NCBI GenBank assembly: GCA_027623195.1
Contig: JAQBUT010000015.1
Coordinates: 20,062 to 84,061, forward strand
DNA: 64,000 nt
Direction: 5' to 3'
Origin: Chloroflexota bacterium
GTDB taxonomy: Bacteria; Chloroflexota; Dehalococcoidia; Lucifugimonadales; JADFKI01
The first letter of the stretch is position 1; each line of letters opens with the position of its first letter. This document shows, one piece after another, positions 38,322 through 49,245 of the stretch. The position numbers and the translations under genes were made by a program. The notes under the pieces are model-generated. The model did no database searches and was not told the origin of the DNA. It worked only from the letters and a program-made list of their open reading frames with translations.

Positions 38322-41195
38322 ATGACCAGCCAGTCAACCCCAGGCGATTCAAAGTCAGGCTATTCGTCTGAAAGCGACACGCCTGACGGAAAAGGGCGGC
38401 ATCGTGCCGCCGCCGTGAGATTTGTCATGGTCATCTCTGCGCTGGCGCTGGCCGTATTGGGGCAGGCCTTGCTGATCACGGGACATGGGTTGTGGGCGAT
38501 AACGCCGTACGTCGTCGCTGTCATAGCAATGACCACGGCCGTAACCAATACCCCTTTTAATGCAGGAAGTTCCGCTCTGCCTCAAGGCGATGGTTCGACT
38601 CGGATACTCCAAGTAATCGGACGGCGAGAGCGGCGTTGGGCGATTGTCTGCATGCTCCTGGCAATGGCGCTGATGGCGTCCAGCCTTTACCTGTTCCCCA
38701 AAGGCCCGCCTAACGCGCTGGCCTGGTGGTTCTTCGGCCTGTCGGTGCCCCTGGCTACCGTTTCGGTACTGGCGTTCGACGGCAGGGTTAGCTCTTTTTT
38801 AGGGGAATTCCGCGCCGACAAAGAGATTGCTTTCGTGCCAAGATCGTCGCTGCCCTGGCTAGGTTTGTTGGCGATACTGATTCTGGCTGCCGTTTTGCGG
38901 CTCTACAACCTGGATGGTCTCCCGGCAGGCCTCTGGTTCGACGAGGCCGATAATGTTAGGCACGCGGTGGAGATCAGGACAAATCCAGGGGCAACCGCTA
39001 TATTCGTCCCGTCTACAAACCTCCCCAGCCTATTCCTGATGCCCATAGCCCTGGTCGTTGAACTGGCGGGCGTGTCAATCACCACGGCCAGGCTTGTTTC
39101 CGTGACGTTTGGGTTGGCTGGCATCGCCGCGATGTTCCTTCTGGTCAGGTTCATGCTAGGGGCGCCCGCTGCCCTGATGGCAGCGTTCGTCACAGCGGTG
39201 ATGAGGTGGGACATAAACTGGAGCCGGATAGGCATGCACGGCATCACAGCGCCGCTCTTTGCAGCCCTTACGGCCTATCTAACCCTCAGGGCCGTTCGAT
39301 TCGGAAGGCATTCCGACTTCGCACTGGCGGGCGGCGCAATGGGACTAGGCATGTGGTTTTATGCGTCCTTTCGACTGTTCCCTCTGGTGATTGGTCTGTT
39401 GTTTCTACACGCCCTGTTAGTTAGTGATGGGCGACGGCGAAGGCTGCTGGCCAACGCGGTGATTATGGGCTTGGCGGCGATATTCGTGGCTGCCCCCGTG
39501 GTGCAGTCGGCCGTGGTGGACACGGAGGACTTCTTCGCCAGAACAGGCACCACCTCGGTGTTTTCCGTCCTGCCTCTGGACGAAGCGCTGGACCAGATGC
39601 AGACCAGCATGGGCAAGCATTTGGCCATGTTCCACCTGAAGGGAGACCCGAATCCTCGCCACAACCTGCCTGGCGAGCCGATGCTGGATTTCCTATCGGG
39701 AGCGCTGTTGATTCTGGGCGCGGCCATCGCCTTCACTAGATGGCGTAACGCGTCTTTGATAATAATGCCATTCTGGATAATTCTCATGTTACTGCCCGGC
39801 GTGATAACCCTGCCTTGGGAGGCTCCGCAGTCGCTACGCGCCATTACGGTCATTCCAGCGGTGGTGGCCCTCATAGCGTTGTCAGTAGGAGCGATATGGG
39901 TAGCAGGTCGGGAAGCCCCGTGGCCCATCGTTCGTAAGTACACGCCGGTATTCGTTGCTGTTCTGATGGCGGTAATTGCGTTCGCCAACGTGAATACCTA
40001 CTTTGGAAGGCAGGCTAGTCACCCAGACGTCTACGCTTCTTTTTCCACCGACGAAACACTGATGGCCCGGGACATGCAACTTCAGCAGCGTCTTGGATAC
40101 AGCTTGATGGTTTCGCGTCAATTCCTGTATAGCCTCTCGGCCTCTCTGCTGGCCGGCAATCCACGGTTCGATACCATCTCCGCGCCCTACAATATACCGC
40201 TGGACCCGGAGCAGGTCTGGCGTGGCGCTGCCATATACCTGGAGCCTCGTGAGGCGGGGTTTTACCACCTGCTAAAAGCCTTCTACCCTGATGCTGAATT
40301 CCGTGAGGTTCGCCCGCCTGCGGGGGGAGACGCTCTGTTCTATTCGGCCTCGATCAGCCGAAGCCTTTTGAAGCGGGACGTAGGGCTGATAGAACGACGG
40401 ACGTATTCAGATGGGTCGCTGGGGGAGTTTACGAAGCTGGAGGCTGTGAGTGTCTGGGCCCTGGAGGCGACGCAGGACCAGGTGCCGTTCGATATGGAGT
40501 GGGAGGGGGCGTTGCACATCACCAGGGCTGGCGAATATTCGCTGGCACTGGATGGGAACACTGACGCACAGGTTTTTCTGGATGATCGGCCAATATTAAG
40601 CAGCGACCTGCCGACTGCGCAGATTCGGCCCGCTGTGGGCCTTCACACCTTACGGGTCCAAGGGCGGGTGGAAGATCGCTCGGAAATACTTCGGCTGCTA
40701 TGGAGGCCGCCCGGGCGAGACCTGATGCCGATACCCGCAGCGCACCTGTATCACGGCGCGATACGACCTATGGGGTTGGCGGGCCGGTTCTATCAGGGCG
40801 ATGAAGAAGTGGCTGGAGTACTAGCTGATGCCCTTCGCGTAACGCCTGTGACTGATGCTTTCTGGTACGACCCTGTGCTTACGGAGCCATACTTTGCCGT
40901 CTGGCAGGGCAATCTGGATGTGCGGCAGGGCGGGGTGTACGACTTCTCGCTTGAGGCTTTCGGGGACCTGAAGCTTTATATAGACGGCGCGGTTGTAGCG
41001 GATAGCAGGGGAGAGTCCGAGTCGCAGGTAACGCTCCTCGAAGGGCCTCGGCGCATCAGGCTCGAGTATTTTTCAGAGTTTTCGCCGTCGGAGTTCGAGG
41101 TCCGGTGGGCTCCGCCGGGTCAGTCCCTTGGCCCAATACCCATCGAAAGCCTCACGCCAGATAAGCAGCAGATGTTCGATATTATCGGTAACTAG
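38322..41195 (+). CDS. GT-C fold glycosyltransferase (ArnT/PMT-like) with C-terminal PA14-like domains
   Basis: LRLYNL...GLWFDEA, many TM helices, then WEGAL...GEY...L.LDD and WQGNL...G.Y.F...LYIDG...IRLEY repeats. Confidence 0.8.
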   Translation: MTSQSTPGDSKSGYSSESDTPDGKGRHRAAAVRFVMVISALALAVLGQALLITGHGLWAITPYVVAVIAMTTAVTNTPFNAGSSALPQGDGSTRILQVIGRRERRWAIVCMLLAMALMASSLYLFPKGPPNALAWWFFGLSVPLATVSVLAFDGRVSSFLGEFRADKEIAFVPRSSLPWLGLLAILILAAVLRLYNLDGLPAGLWFDEADNVRHAVEIRTNPGATAIFVPSTNLPSLFLMPIALVVELAGVSITTARLVSVTFGLAGIAAMFLLVRFMLGAPAALMAAFVTAVMRWDINWSRIGMHGITAPLFAALTAYLTLRAVRFGRHSDFALAGGAMGLGMWFYASFRLFPLVIGLLFLHALLVSDGRRRRLLANAVIMGLAAIFVAAPVVQSAVVDTEDFFARTGTTSVFSVLPLDEALDQMQTSMGKHLAMFHLKGDPNPRHNLPGEPMLDFLSGALLILGAAIAFTRWRNASLIIMPFWIILMLLPGVITLPWEAPQSLRAITVIPAVVALIALSVGAIWVAGREAPWPIVRKYTPVFVAVLMAVIAFANVNTYFGRQASHPDVYASFSTDETLMARDMQLQQRLGYSLMVSRQFLYSLSASLLAGNPRFDTISAPYNIPLDPEQVWRGAAIYLEPREAGFYHLLKAFYPDAEFREVRPPAGGDALFYSASISRSLLKRDVGLIERRTYSDGSLGEFTKLEAVSVWALEATQDQVPFDMEWEGALHITRAGEYSLALDGNTDAQVFLDDRPILSSDLPTAQIRPAVGLHTLRVQGRVEDRSEILRLLWRPPGRDLMPIPAAHLYHGAIRPMGLAGRFYQGDEEVAGVLADALRVTPVTDAFWYDPVLTEPYFAVWQGNLDVRQGGVYDFSLEAFGDLKLYIDGAVVADSRGESESQVTLLEGPRRIRLEYFSEFSPSEFEVRWAPPGQSLGPIPIESLTPDKQQMFDIIGN

Positions 41196-41318
41196 TTTTG
41201 TATCGGTGGCGACCCGTCCATGGATGCCAAACCAGACCGGCATTCTTGCTCCACCATTACGGTCGCTTAAATGAAACTAAGAGGGACCTCATCAACAGCC
41301 CAGATTAGCAAAACCAAT

Positions 41319-41935
41319 TTAGAAGGAGAGTGGATACTCCATATCATCTCCCTTCTTTAGCTGTTGAAGGTTGTGCTCGAAATGTTCCAGGACCTGTCGA
41401 TACCGCCTCAGATGCCCGACCATTCGCAATTCAAGAACTAATTCCATTTTCCTGGGAAGAGAGCTTATAGGTATTGTGATTGGCGCTTCCCCTCGGAGAC
41501 TAACGACCGTGGGTTCGGACACCGGCCCCAATAGGATGTTTAACCTCGAATCCAAGCCGGATGAACTGTCTGTCCTCATGGGGTGTTGGCCCATAGTCGC
41601 TATTACGATAGTCCTTCGCCATTACCGGAGGAATGGCCTCTTGAGATGCATTTCCGCGCCGATGATTCTTTTTGCGTAATTCCTACTATTGTTGATAAAG
41701 ACAGCATCGAACCATCCAGAGATGAACTTCCCGTTGCCGACGTTTACCGAAAGGATCGGTGATTCTTCATGCCTAAATTTGAGACCTGTGAGCGACTTGC
41801 TAGGACGGAGTGACCGGGTTGCAGGGCCGTAAATTTCAATTCCAAAGCGCCCTCGAGTAGCTTTTGGAGAAGACCCTGAAGGAAAGCTATAGACTGAAGC
41901 AAGGACAGTACATTTAGGAATAAAGACAATAACAT
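41319..41935 (-). pseudogene. Possible degraded gene remnant
   Basis: AT-richer segment. The frame of ORF 41319-41594 continues upstream past a single TAA with protein-like sequence (...GWFDAVFINNSRNYAKRIIGAEMHLKRPFLR*WRR...). Confidence 0.3.
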
Positions 41936-42200
41936 GCCTCTAATCTATCTTCGAACGGCTTCTCTGTAAAGCCAGAGTTGGCTTGATATCGCGAATTCTG
42001 TGGGAATAATTATATGGCTCTGTGAGCGGGTTAACACCACTGGAGACTTCGTAATGGCTAACAGGGAACAAAAAAATTGAACCTTGATCACAGATCATTA
42101 AGGTGTATCCTCATCGTCATCGACGAGAAACAACGCACCGGTTATCATGAACGGTGACTTACGAAACCCGGATTTGCTCATTTCTCTAAGGGGAGTCGAA

Positions 42201-42587
42201 ATGCCGAATTACACCTATGACCACATTCATCTACGCACCCGTGACCCTGAGGCGACGACGAAGTACTACCATGATATGTTTGGCGCGAAAATCATCGAAT
42301 CTGTGCAGTCGGACGGGCAGAGCCGCATCGATATGGACCTCAACGGGCTGGTGATATTCATTGCCCGTGTTGCTCCGGAAAACGACATTCCCCTTCCTCC
42401 AGCCGACCCGCACATGGGGCTCGACCACTTCGGCCTGCGTGTCGATAACCTGGAGGAAGCCGCCGCCGACCTCAAGAGCAAGGGCGCCGAGTTCAGCATG
42501 GAGCCGAAGGACCTTCGCCCAGGGGTAAGGATCGCCTTTGTCCGCGCTCCGGACGACGTTCGAATCGAGCTTCTCGAACGCAGTTAG
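42201..42587 (+). CDS. VOC (glyoxalase) family protein
   Basis: DHIHL, GLDHFGLRVD, APDDVRIEL; ATG 42201 after GGGAG. Confidence 0.9.
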   Translation: MPNYTYDHIHLRTRDPEATTKYYHDMFGAKIIESVQSDGQSRIDMDLNGLVIFIARVAPENDIPLPPADPHMGLDHFGLRVDNLEEAAADLKSKGAEFSMEPKDLRPGVRIAFVRAPDDVRIELLERS

Positions 42588-42662
42588 CCGGTTACGGCTT
42601 TATGCGCTGCATGGGCAAGCAGACAAAGTGCTCTAGCCCGTATTGCTAGAATTTGTCGACAC

Positions 42663-43043
42663 CTAGCTGTGCACGGAGGGCGGTTCGCCTTCCAGGAAGT
42701 GCGTGCCCTCGAAGGGGCGCTGCACGGGAAAGAAGGTGAGTATCTTCGCCTCTTCCGTGCCTTCGTTGGTGAATCCATGAGGAACATTTGGAGGTATGAC
42801 CAGCGTGTGGTCAGCGCTAACCTCTGCCTCCACATCGCCAAGTCGCGCCTTCAATGTGCCCCGTAACACCACGATAATCTCGTCGGCCTCATGCGTGTGG
42901 AGTGGCGCGCCCGTGCCCACGCCGACGGTGCTGTGCGAGACGTTGCTGCTGGTGGTGCCGTCGCCCTCCTGGGTGATGGCCCATTTGCGGTAATTAGGTC
43001 GCCACGGAACCTCCGGGGCAGTGCTATGGTCGATAATCGGCAT
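42663..43043 (-). CDS. Cupin domain protein
   Basis: PLHTH..DE and IPPNVPHGF motifs. Confidence 0.9.
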   Translation of the reverse strand: MPIIDHSTAPEVPWRPNYRKWAITQEGDGTTSSNVSHSTVGVGTGAPLHTHEADEIIVVLRGTLKARLGDVEAEVSADHTLVIPPNVPHGFTNEGTEEAKILTFFPVQRPFEGTHFLEGEPPSVHS

Positions 43044-43176
43044 CTTGAATTCCTCATCCAACATTTTGTTGCTGTAGGCAAAGTATCCAATGGAGCCTAG
43101 GCATGTCAAATACCGGACCTACGCCGTGTTATACTCCCGGCGCTAACCAACCCATATAAGAAATCGGGAGATTAAA

Positions 43177-44754
43177 ATGTTCGACGTTGTTATTCTCGGT
43201 GGAACGATCGTTGACGGCTCGGGGTCGCCTGGATATCAGGCGGACATCGGGATAAATGGCGAGACCATTACAGCCATCGGGGACCTGTTTTCCGCTGATG
43301 CAGAACGTGAAATAGACGCCGTGGGTCTCACGGTATCGCCAGGATTCATAGACACCCACGCTCACTCTGATGCGGTGCTCCTGACCGACCCTCAGCACGC
43401 CGACGGTCTCCGGCAGGGCATTACCACCGAGATACTTGGCCAGGACGGTCTGTCCTACGCACCTCTTTCGCCCGAGAACTACAGGGCCAACCGGCGTTAC
43501 CTGGCCGGTCTTCTCGGCGAGCCGCCGGCAGGCCTGGATATGAGCAGCATCACTGCATTCCGATCCCACTACCACAAGAAGGTTTCGATAAACACCGCGT
43601 ATCCGATACCCCACGGCGCAGTGCGATTGGAGAGCGTTGGCTTCCACGACAAACCCCTCGAAGGAGCCTCGTTGGACAAGGCGAGGCAGATCATTAGGGA
43701 CGGTATGGAGCAGGGGGCCGTGGGACTATCCACTGGCATGTCCTACCTGCCAAACGCCTGGAGCACCACGGAGGAACTGATAGAACTCTGCAAAGTCGTC
43801 AAGGAGTACGACGGCGTCTACATTACCCACCTGCGGGATGTTAACACGGACCGCGCCTTCGGCAATGGCGGCGTTCCCGAGGCCCTCGAAATAGGCCGAC
43901 GCTCCGGCGTAAAGGTGCACTTTTCGCACTACCGCACCATGCTGGACAGCGCAGGGAAGGTCGCGGAGCGCATGGAGCTTATCGACAGGGCTAAAGCCGA
44001 GGGAGTGGACTGCACATTGGAGCTTTATCCTTACCCCACTGGCAGCAGTTTTCCTATTCGCTATCTGCCGACGGACAGCAGCGATGGCGGGCCGGACGCG
44101 CTGTTGGAGCGCCTGCGAGACCCCGCAGAGCGGCGACGCATGATTGATTTCATGCAGGCGCAAAACACCGATATGGATACTGCCGTTTTCACGCATCTTC
44201 CCAAGAACCGACACCTGGAGGGCATGAGCCTGCGAGACATTGCCGGTGCGCGGGGCGTGACTTTGGAAGAGGCGCTGTTCGATCTTCTGGTAGACGAGGA
44301 CCTGCAGGTTGGGTATCGGGGCGCTCCGCCGGACAGCGTGGCGGTGTGGCGTCAGATGAGCCGCGATTGCGTGGAGCTTCTCTCCAGGCCCGACTACATG
44401 GTCGGCAGCGACTCCATTCATGTGGGAGGCGTTCCACATCCGCGTGCATACGGGTGCTTCCCAAGATTCTTAGGACGCTTGCGCCGCCAGTTCGACATCA
44501 TGACGTTGGAGGATATGGTTCAGCGCGTGACAGACAACCCTGCACGGCGTTTTGGATTGACGGGCAGAGGGCTCATCAAAGAAGGCAACTATGCCGACCT
44601 AGTGGTTTTCGATGCCGATCACATTATCGACAACGCCACCTACGATGACCCTGAGCAGTACCCGGCAGGCATACCCTACGTTCTCGTAAACGGTCAGGTC
44701 GCTGTGGATAACGAGCAATGTACCGGGGCCATGGCTGGTCAGGCAGTTCCGTAA
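43177..44754 (+). CDS. N-acyl-D-amino-acid deacylase family amidohydrolase
   Basis: PGFIDTHAHSD, GQDG, THLR, GSD...HPRAYG, ADLVVFD. Confidence 0.92.
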   Translation: MFDVVILGGTIVDGSGSPGYQADIGINGETITAIGDLFSADAEREIDAVGLTVSPGFIDTHAHSDAVLLTDPQHADGLRQGITTEILGQDGLSYAPLSPENYRANRRYLAGLLGEPPAGLDMSSITAFRSHYHKKVSINTAYPIPHGAVRLESVGFHDKPLEGASLDKARQIIRDGMEQGAVGLSTGMSYLPNAWSTTEELIELCKVVKEYDGVYITHLRDVNTDRAFGNGGVPEALEIGRRSGVKVHFSHYRTMLDSAGKVAERMELIDRAKAEGVDCTLELYPYPTGSSFPIRYLPTDSSDGGPDALLERLRDPAERRRMIDFMQAQNTDMDTAVFTHLPKNRHLEGMSLRDIAGARGVTLEEALFDLLVDEDLQVGYRGAPPDSVAVWRQMSRDCVELLSRPDYMVGSDSIHVGGVPHPRAYGCFPRFLGRLRRQFDIMTLEDMVQRVTDNPARRFGLTGRGLIKEGNYADLVVFDADHIIDNATYDDPEQYPAGIPYVLVNGQVAVDNEQCTGAMAGQAVP

Positions 44755-44757
44755 GGG

Positions 44758-45824
44758 TTAGCCCTGGTTCAGCGGCAACAGTATTTTCAGCTCATTCTGA
44801 TTGCTGGGCAGGTGGACGGCGTCAGGCGCCTCATCGTGGTATGTAATTATCACATGCATGTTCTTGACTGAATCGCCCTGTGTGTTATCCATGTAAATTC
44901 GGTACCACCCGTCCTCTGTAGCGGCAACATTACCCCTCCAGGGTCGGAGGACGTCTTTCAACTCCAGTATGCGCTCTCCGCTGGGAGCTTCCATGTACGC
45001 GAGGTCTAGCCTGTTTCCGAACAGGGACATCTCAAGGTTGTCGCCACTGACGAATGGGTAATCCACCAGCGCCAGTTCTCCAGGCCGCACGTCCATGCTC
45101 CAGTGAGCCACCATGGCAGGCTGTTTCTCGCTATCCCTGTAACGCAAGATGATGATGTCCCCACGCCTCCCGTCAGGGTCAGATCTGGAATTGTGATTGC
45201 CGACGCGTCTGGTGTGAGCTCAGAGGGTGCGCCATAGGGTGCCACAGTATTTGGGGCATTTGTTTCGGAACCAGACGTGGCCTCCACAACAGGCGCAGGC
45301 GGCAAAGTGAAATTGGGCATCAGGACGGCCAGTTCATTACCTTGGGACTCCAGCAGTCCAGTTACCTCGGAGGCCAGCCTTTGCGCCTCCAGTTCTATAT
45401 CAACCGCCTCCAGACGGGCCTCGGTCCGCTGACCCTCTTCGCCAGACAGCGCGTACAGGGTCATGTGGTCCCAGATGTGCTGCTCTGCTATGAGGAGGTC
45501 GGCCAGACGTTGCCGGTATTCAATCCAATTTTCCGGCACTTCCATGGATTGGACGGTGCCCATATCGTAGGCGATTTCATTTTGGACAATTCGAAAGCGC
45601 TGGTCTTGCTCGGCGGGGGACATCGAATCGACGTCGGCCGACGCAAGCAACTCGTGTTGAGTCTGGATTCGTTGTAGCGTTTCGGCTGCCTGTATCGGAA
45701 AGCGCTCTGCCTCTGATGAGCCGTCCTGCACCGCCAGTTTCGCAGGCTCGGAGGCGCCGCAGGCCATTGCCAGCAGTCCGAATACTAGTGCTGCCTCAAC
45801 GATTATGTACTTGGCTCGCCGCAT
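44758..45824 (-). pseudogene. Frameshifted lipoprotein gene with a GOLD-like C-terminal domain
   Basis: Lipobox LAMAC. Adding one G to the G-run at 45159-45162 fuses ORFs 45006-45824 and 44758-45147 (…GGVGDIIILRYRD…). Confidence 0.6.
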
Positions 45825-45980
45825 GCATGTGCCTTTTCTAAAAAATCCAGTTAATCGATGAAAGTCGTTAACACCATCATCTCAGGTAAACTGTGCAGCA
45901 ACCTACGTAATCCCCGGCAGGGTGTGTTTTGTGATTGAAGGCCATTTGGGATACTCGAAATCCAATTCGCGGCAAGACCT

Positions 45981-46718
45981 GTGCTGACGGTTGCTGAGCT
46001 AATTTTCGCGGCAGTCACCATCTTTGTTGGCTCCACAGTATTTAGCACAGTAGGCTTTGGCATTGGTGTTACGACCATTCCCATTCTACTACTAGCGTTC
46101 GATCCTCAGACAGTCGTAGTGGTCGTTAACGGTGTTTCACTGCCCATGTTCTGCCTAGTGATATACCAGACTCGAAGCCACATAAATTTTCGAGACATGG
46201 TCCCTATTTCGATTGCGGGCCTTCTGGGAATCCCCGTAGGAGTATTCTTTCTTAGCTCCGCAGATGTGTCGCTGCTGCGCATCAGCACCGCCACGCTGAT
46301 TATCCTTCTTACGCTACTGGCTGCCTTCAACGTACGTTGGGCCATGCCGAGGTGGAGGGCCGTGGGTCTTGTCGTTGGATTTGCCGCAGGCGTGATGCTG
46401 ACGGCGCTGGGTGTAGGTGGAGCGCTCATGGTTTTGGCTATGCTGGCGCGAGACCTTCCTCGTCAGGCCCTTCGTGGCTCGCTGGCGCTGTACTTTCTGG
46501 TTGTCGAGGGCGTGGCCGTCGCTGGTTATGGAGTTGCGGGGCTTTACACGACCGAGCGCATTCTGCTGACGCTGGCCGTTACGGTGCCCGTAATCCTGGG
46601 CTTTGGTTTGGCCACGGTCATAGGCCGCCGGATGAACGAGCGCGTTTTTCGGAAGCTGGTCATTGCCACCGTGATAGCCACCAGCCTGGTAGTTCTGGCC
46701 CGCGAGAGTTTTGGGTGA
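45981..46718 (+). CDS. TauE/SafE (sulfite exporter) family membrane protein
   Basis: VGFGIG, GLLGIPVG, GFAAGVM...GVGG repeats. Confidence 0.85.
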   Translation: MLTVAELIFAAVTIFVGSTVFSTVGFGIGVTTIPILLLAFDPQTVVVVVNGVSLPMFCLVIYQTRSHINFRDMVPISIAGLLGIPVGVFFLSSADVSLLRISTATLIILLTLLAAFNVRWAMPRWRAVGLVVGFAAGVMLTALGVGGALMVLAMLARDLPRQALRGSLALYFLVVEGVAVAGYGVAGLYTTERILLTLAVTVPVILGFGLATVIGRRMNERVFRKLVIATVIATSLVVLARESFG

Positions 46719-46873
46719 TTTGGATAAAAGAACCAGTGCGAAGGGTTCTCTCGAGCCCTTTGCTTATTCCCACCTGCTTGCCGCTAATCCATCCGGGCCA
46801 TAAAATGCTTTTCGAATTACAGAATCAGTATTATCCATGAGCAAGATATGACTTTGAACGCGAAGGAGACTAG

Positions 46874-48019
46874 ATGAAAATTACCTCAGTGGAACCGTAT
46901 CCCGTAGACAGGTACCTCTTCGTGAAAATCCACACTGACGAGGGTATTACGGGCATTGGCGAGGCAGGGTCGTGGGGCCATCTGGAGGCTGCCGAGGCGG
47001 CCTTGACGCACAAGTTCGCCCCTTACCTGGTAGGCAAGGACCCTCTTCTGATTGAGCACCACTGGCAGAACATGTACCGCTCCAGCCACTTCCGAGGCGC
47101 CGCTATCATGGGTGCCCTAAGCGCGGTTGACATTGCGCTGTGGGACATTGCTGGCAAGCACTTTGGCGTGCCCGTTTACCAGCTCCTCGGCGGCAAGGTA
47201 CGAGACAAGGCCCGGGTGTATTACCACGTCTTCGGGAACACTCGTGAGACCCTGGTGAAGGGAATCAAGGAAGCACGGGAGCAGGGCTTCACGGCCGTTG
47301 GCCATCTCACGCCGTTTCTTGACGAGGACCGCAACGTGCCTTACTACAAGTCCCACGTAAACAAGATGCGGGACGCTATCGACGCCGTTCGCATGTATCG
47401 CGAGGCTGCGGGGGAAGATGTAGACCTGTGCATCGAGATCCATCGACGTCTCACGCCGGCGGAGGCCATAGTCCTGGCCAACGGCATCGAGGAGTTCCAC
47501 CCTTACTTCTATGAGGACCCGATACTTCCCGAAAACTACGATGCGATGGAACAGGTGGCTAAGAACATCAGAATACCCATCGCAACCGGCGAGCGTTTCC
47601 AGACCATGCACGAATTCGCCATGTTGCTTAGTCGAGGCGCGGTGCAGTACATCCGACCTGACGTTTGCTTGGCCGGCGGCATAACACATACGAAGAAGAT
47701 CGCGGCCCTGGCGGAGGCCAACTACGTCGGTGTGGTTCCGCACAACCCGTTGGGCCCTGTTAGCACTGCGGCGTGTTTGCAGATCGCGGCTTGTATACCG
47801 AACTTCGCATTGCAGGAGTACCCCATCGGGGAGCATGAGTTCCCCAAGAACGTGATGGTGAAGGAGCCGATTCCGGTGGAAGAGGGTTTCCTGATTATCC
47901 CGGACGCGCCAGGCATAGGTATCGAATTAATGGAGGATGCTCAAGAAAAGGCGCCGCCCAGGACATATGGGCAGATTAACGCCCGTCTGCACAAGGACGG
48001 CTCGGTAGTGGACCAGTAA
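46874..48019 (+). CDS. Mandelate racemase/enolase-superfamily dehydratase (galactonate dehydratase-like)
   Basis: DIALWDIAGK...PVYQLLGG, EIH, YEDP, TGER, PHNP. Confidence 0.9.
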   Translation: MKITSVEPYPVDRYLFVKIHTDEGITGIGEAGSWGHLEAAEAALTHKFAPYLVGKDPLLIEHHWQNMYRSSHFRGAAIMGALSAVDIALWDIAGKHFGVPVYQLLGGKVRDKARVYYHVFGNTRETLVKGIKEAREQGFTAVGHLTPFLDEDRNVPYYKSHVNKMRDAIDAVRMYREAAGEDVDLCIEIHRRLTPAEAIVLANGIEEFHPYFYEDPILPENYDAMEQVAKNIRIPIATGERFQTMHEFAMLLSRGAVQYIRPDVCLAGGITHTKKIAALAEANYVGVVPHNPLGPVSTAACLQIAACIPNFALQEYPIGEHEFPKNVMVKEPIPVEEGFLIIPDAPGIGIELMEDAQEKAPPRTYGQINARLHKDGSVVDQ

Positions 48020-48034
48020 GGTCCGATAAGAACT

Positions 48035-48081
48035 TGGAGTTGGGGATTGGGTCGGAGGTGAGGCCCAATCCCCCAATTCCA
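48035..48081. repeat. Inverted repeat / terminator between convergent genes
   Basis: TGGAGTTGGGGATTGGG ... CCCAATCCCCCAATTCCA. Confidence 0.6.
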
Positions 48082-48098
48082 GAATAAATTGGCTAACT

Positions 48099-48662
48099 TT
48101 ATCGGCCGGGCTTCTCCCAACCGGACTGCAGCGGTACGAATCTGCGGCTGTTGGTCCTCTCCCACACGTTGGCTACCATGTGCAGGAAGTTAAGAGGTAG
48201 GAAGCCGCGCGACCGGTTGAGGGGATCACCGGCGTGTAGTCGCCTCTCCATGTAAAGCGAAACGCCTGCCGCCACTGCTCCTATGGAAGTAATAACCGGG
48301 ATGTCCAAGGGCACGTAACCAAAGAACACTAACCATTGGGCTGTCCCCAAGCCTGCCATTACCAGCAAGACTGCTGTGTTCAGCGACAATGCTCTGGTCA
48401 TTAGTCCGTGCTGGAACTCGGACCGGCGGATTCTCCAAATGTTGAGACTGACCTTGTAAAGCAGGAAGTAGGCTAGGCCAATGCCTATCAGAATGGCTGG
48501 CGCTTCCAGTATGGGGTCGAATCTGTAAGACAGGTGGCCATAGGGAAGTTGCGTACGTATTGGCTGGGCGTATATCAGCCAACGAATGTTTTGCATGGCT
48601 AGCAAGATGTTGGCTACAGCCAGGGCAGTAATGGCCAATGCGTGTACGTTCACTGCTCTCAT
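48099..48662 (-). CDS. Hypothetical membrane protein
   Basis: AAGGAG RBS; about four hydrophobic segments. Confidence 0.6.
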   Translation of the reverse strand: MRAVNVHALAITALAVANILLAMQNIRWLIYAQPIRTQLPYGHLSYRFDPILEAPAILIGIGLAYFLLYKVSLNIWRIRRSEFQHGLMTRALSLNTAVLLVMAGLGTAQWLVFFGYVPLDIPVITSIGAVAAGVSLYMERRLHAGDPLNRSRGFLPLNFLHMVANVWERTNSRRFVPLQSGWEKPGR

Positions 48663-49115
48663 GAGATTGTCTCCTTACGAATTCTTCTATGGTCCGGCAA
48701 TGGCTCAAATCCCTTATAAGACTTAGCTTACATTTATATAACCGACCGTACGGTGTTCAAAGCTGTGTGGTTTAGCGTGGAATTGGTTGGTCATACCCAT
48801 ATCGGTGGGGGTCTTCCCCCTGATGCAATGCAGGCAGGCAACGGTTATTGGAAACGGGCGGTTTGAGCCGAAAGTCATTTTAAAGCTCCTGGTTCGACAA
48901 GTTCACTACGAACGTAATTAGTAAAAAACCATTCGTCCGGAGTGTGGCGCCGGAGTTTGTGGCAGGGCGTTTGTCGAAAAGAGGCTGCGGCTGAACTGGA
49001 TTGACCGACGAATGGCTTCTGTCTAAGATATATGTGGAACACGCCAAATTTAGCCGGGAAATTACCATTGGGAACTGCCTAGCAAACCTCCGCCACGAAC
49101 ACTTCGGAACTACCT

Positions 49116-49158
49116 AGCCTTCCGCGCGTCGCCTTATGAGCGCGGAAGGCTTATCTTT
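49116..49158 (+). terminator. Terminator-like hairpin in the thrS leader
   Basis: AGCCTTCCGCGC / GCGCGGAAGGCT 12-bp stem followed by TATCTTT. Confidence 0.6.
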
Positions 49159-49245
49159 GCCCTCCAACCCTGATATATTGACTAACTGCGCGGCCCCCGG
49201 GATTCTGATGTTTATACCAACGGCGGCCCTGCACGAGAGGACGAA

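Noticed and set aside
48880..49245. T-box riboswitch before thrS
   Set aside because: No recognisable T-box consensus (GGTGG.ACC) or specifier stem
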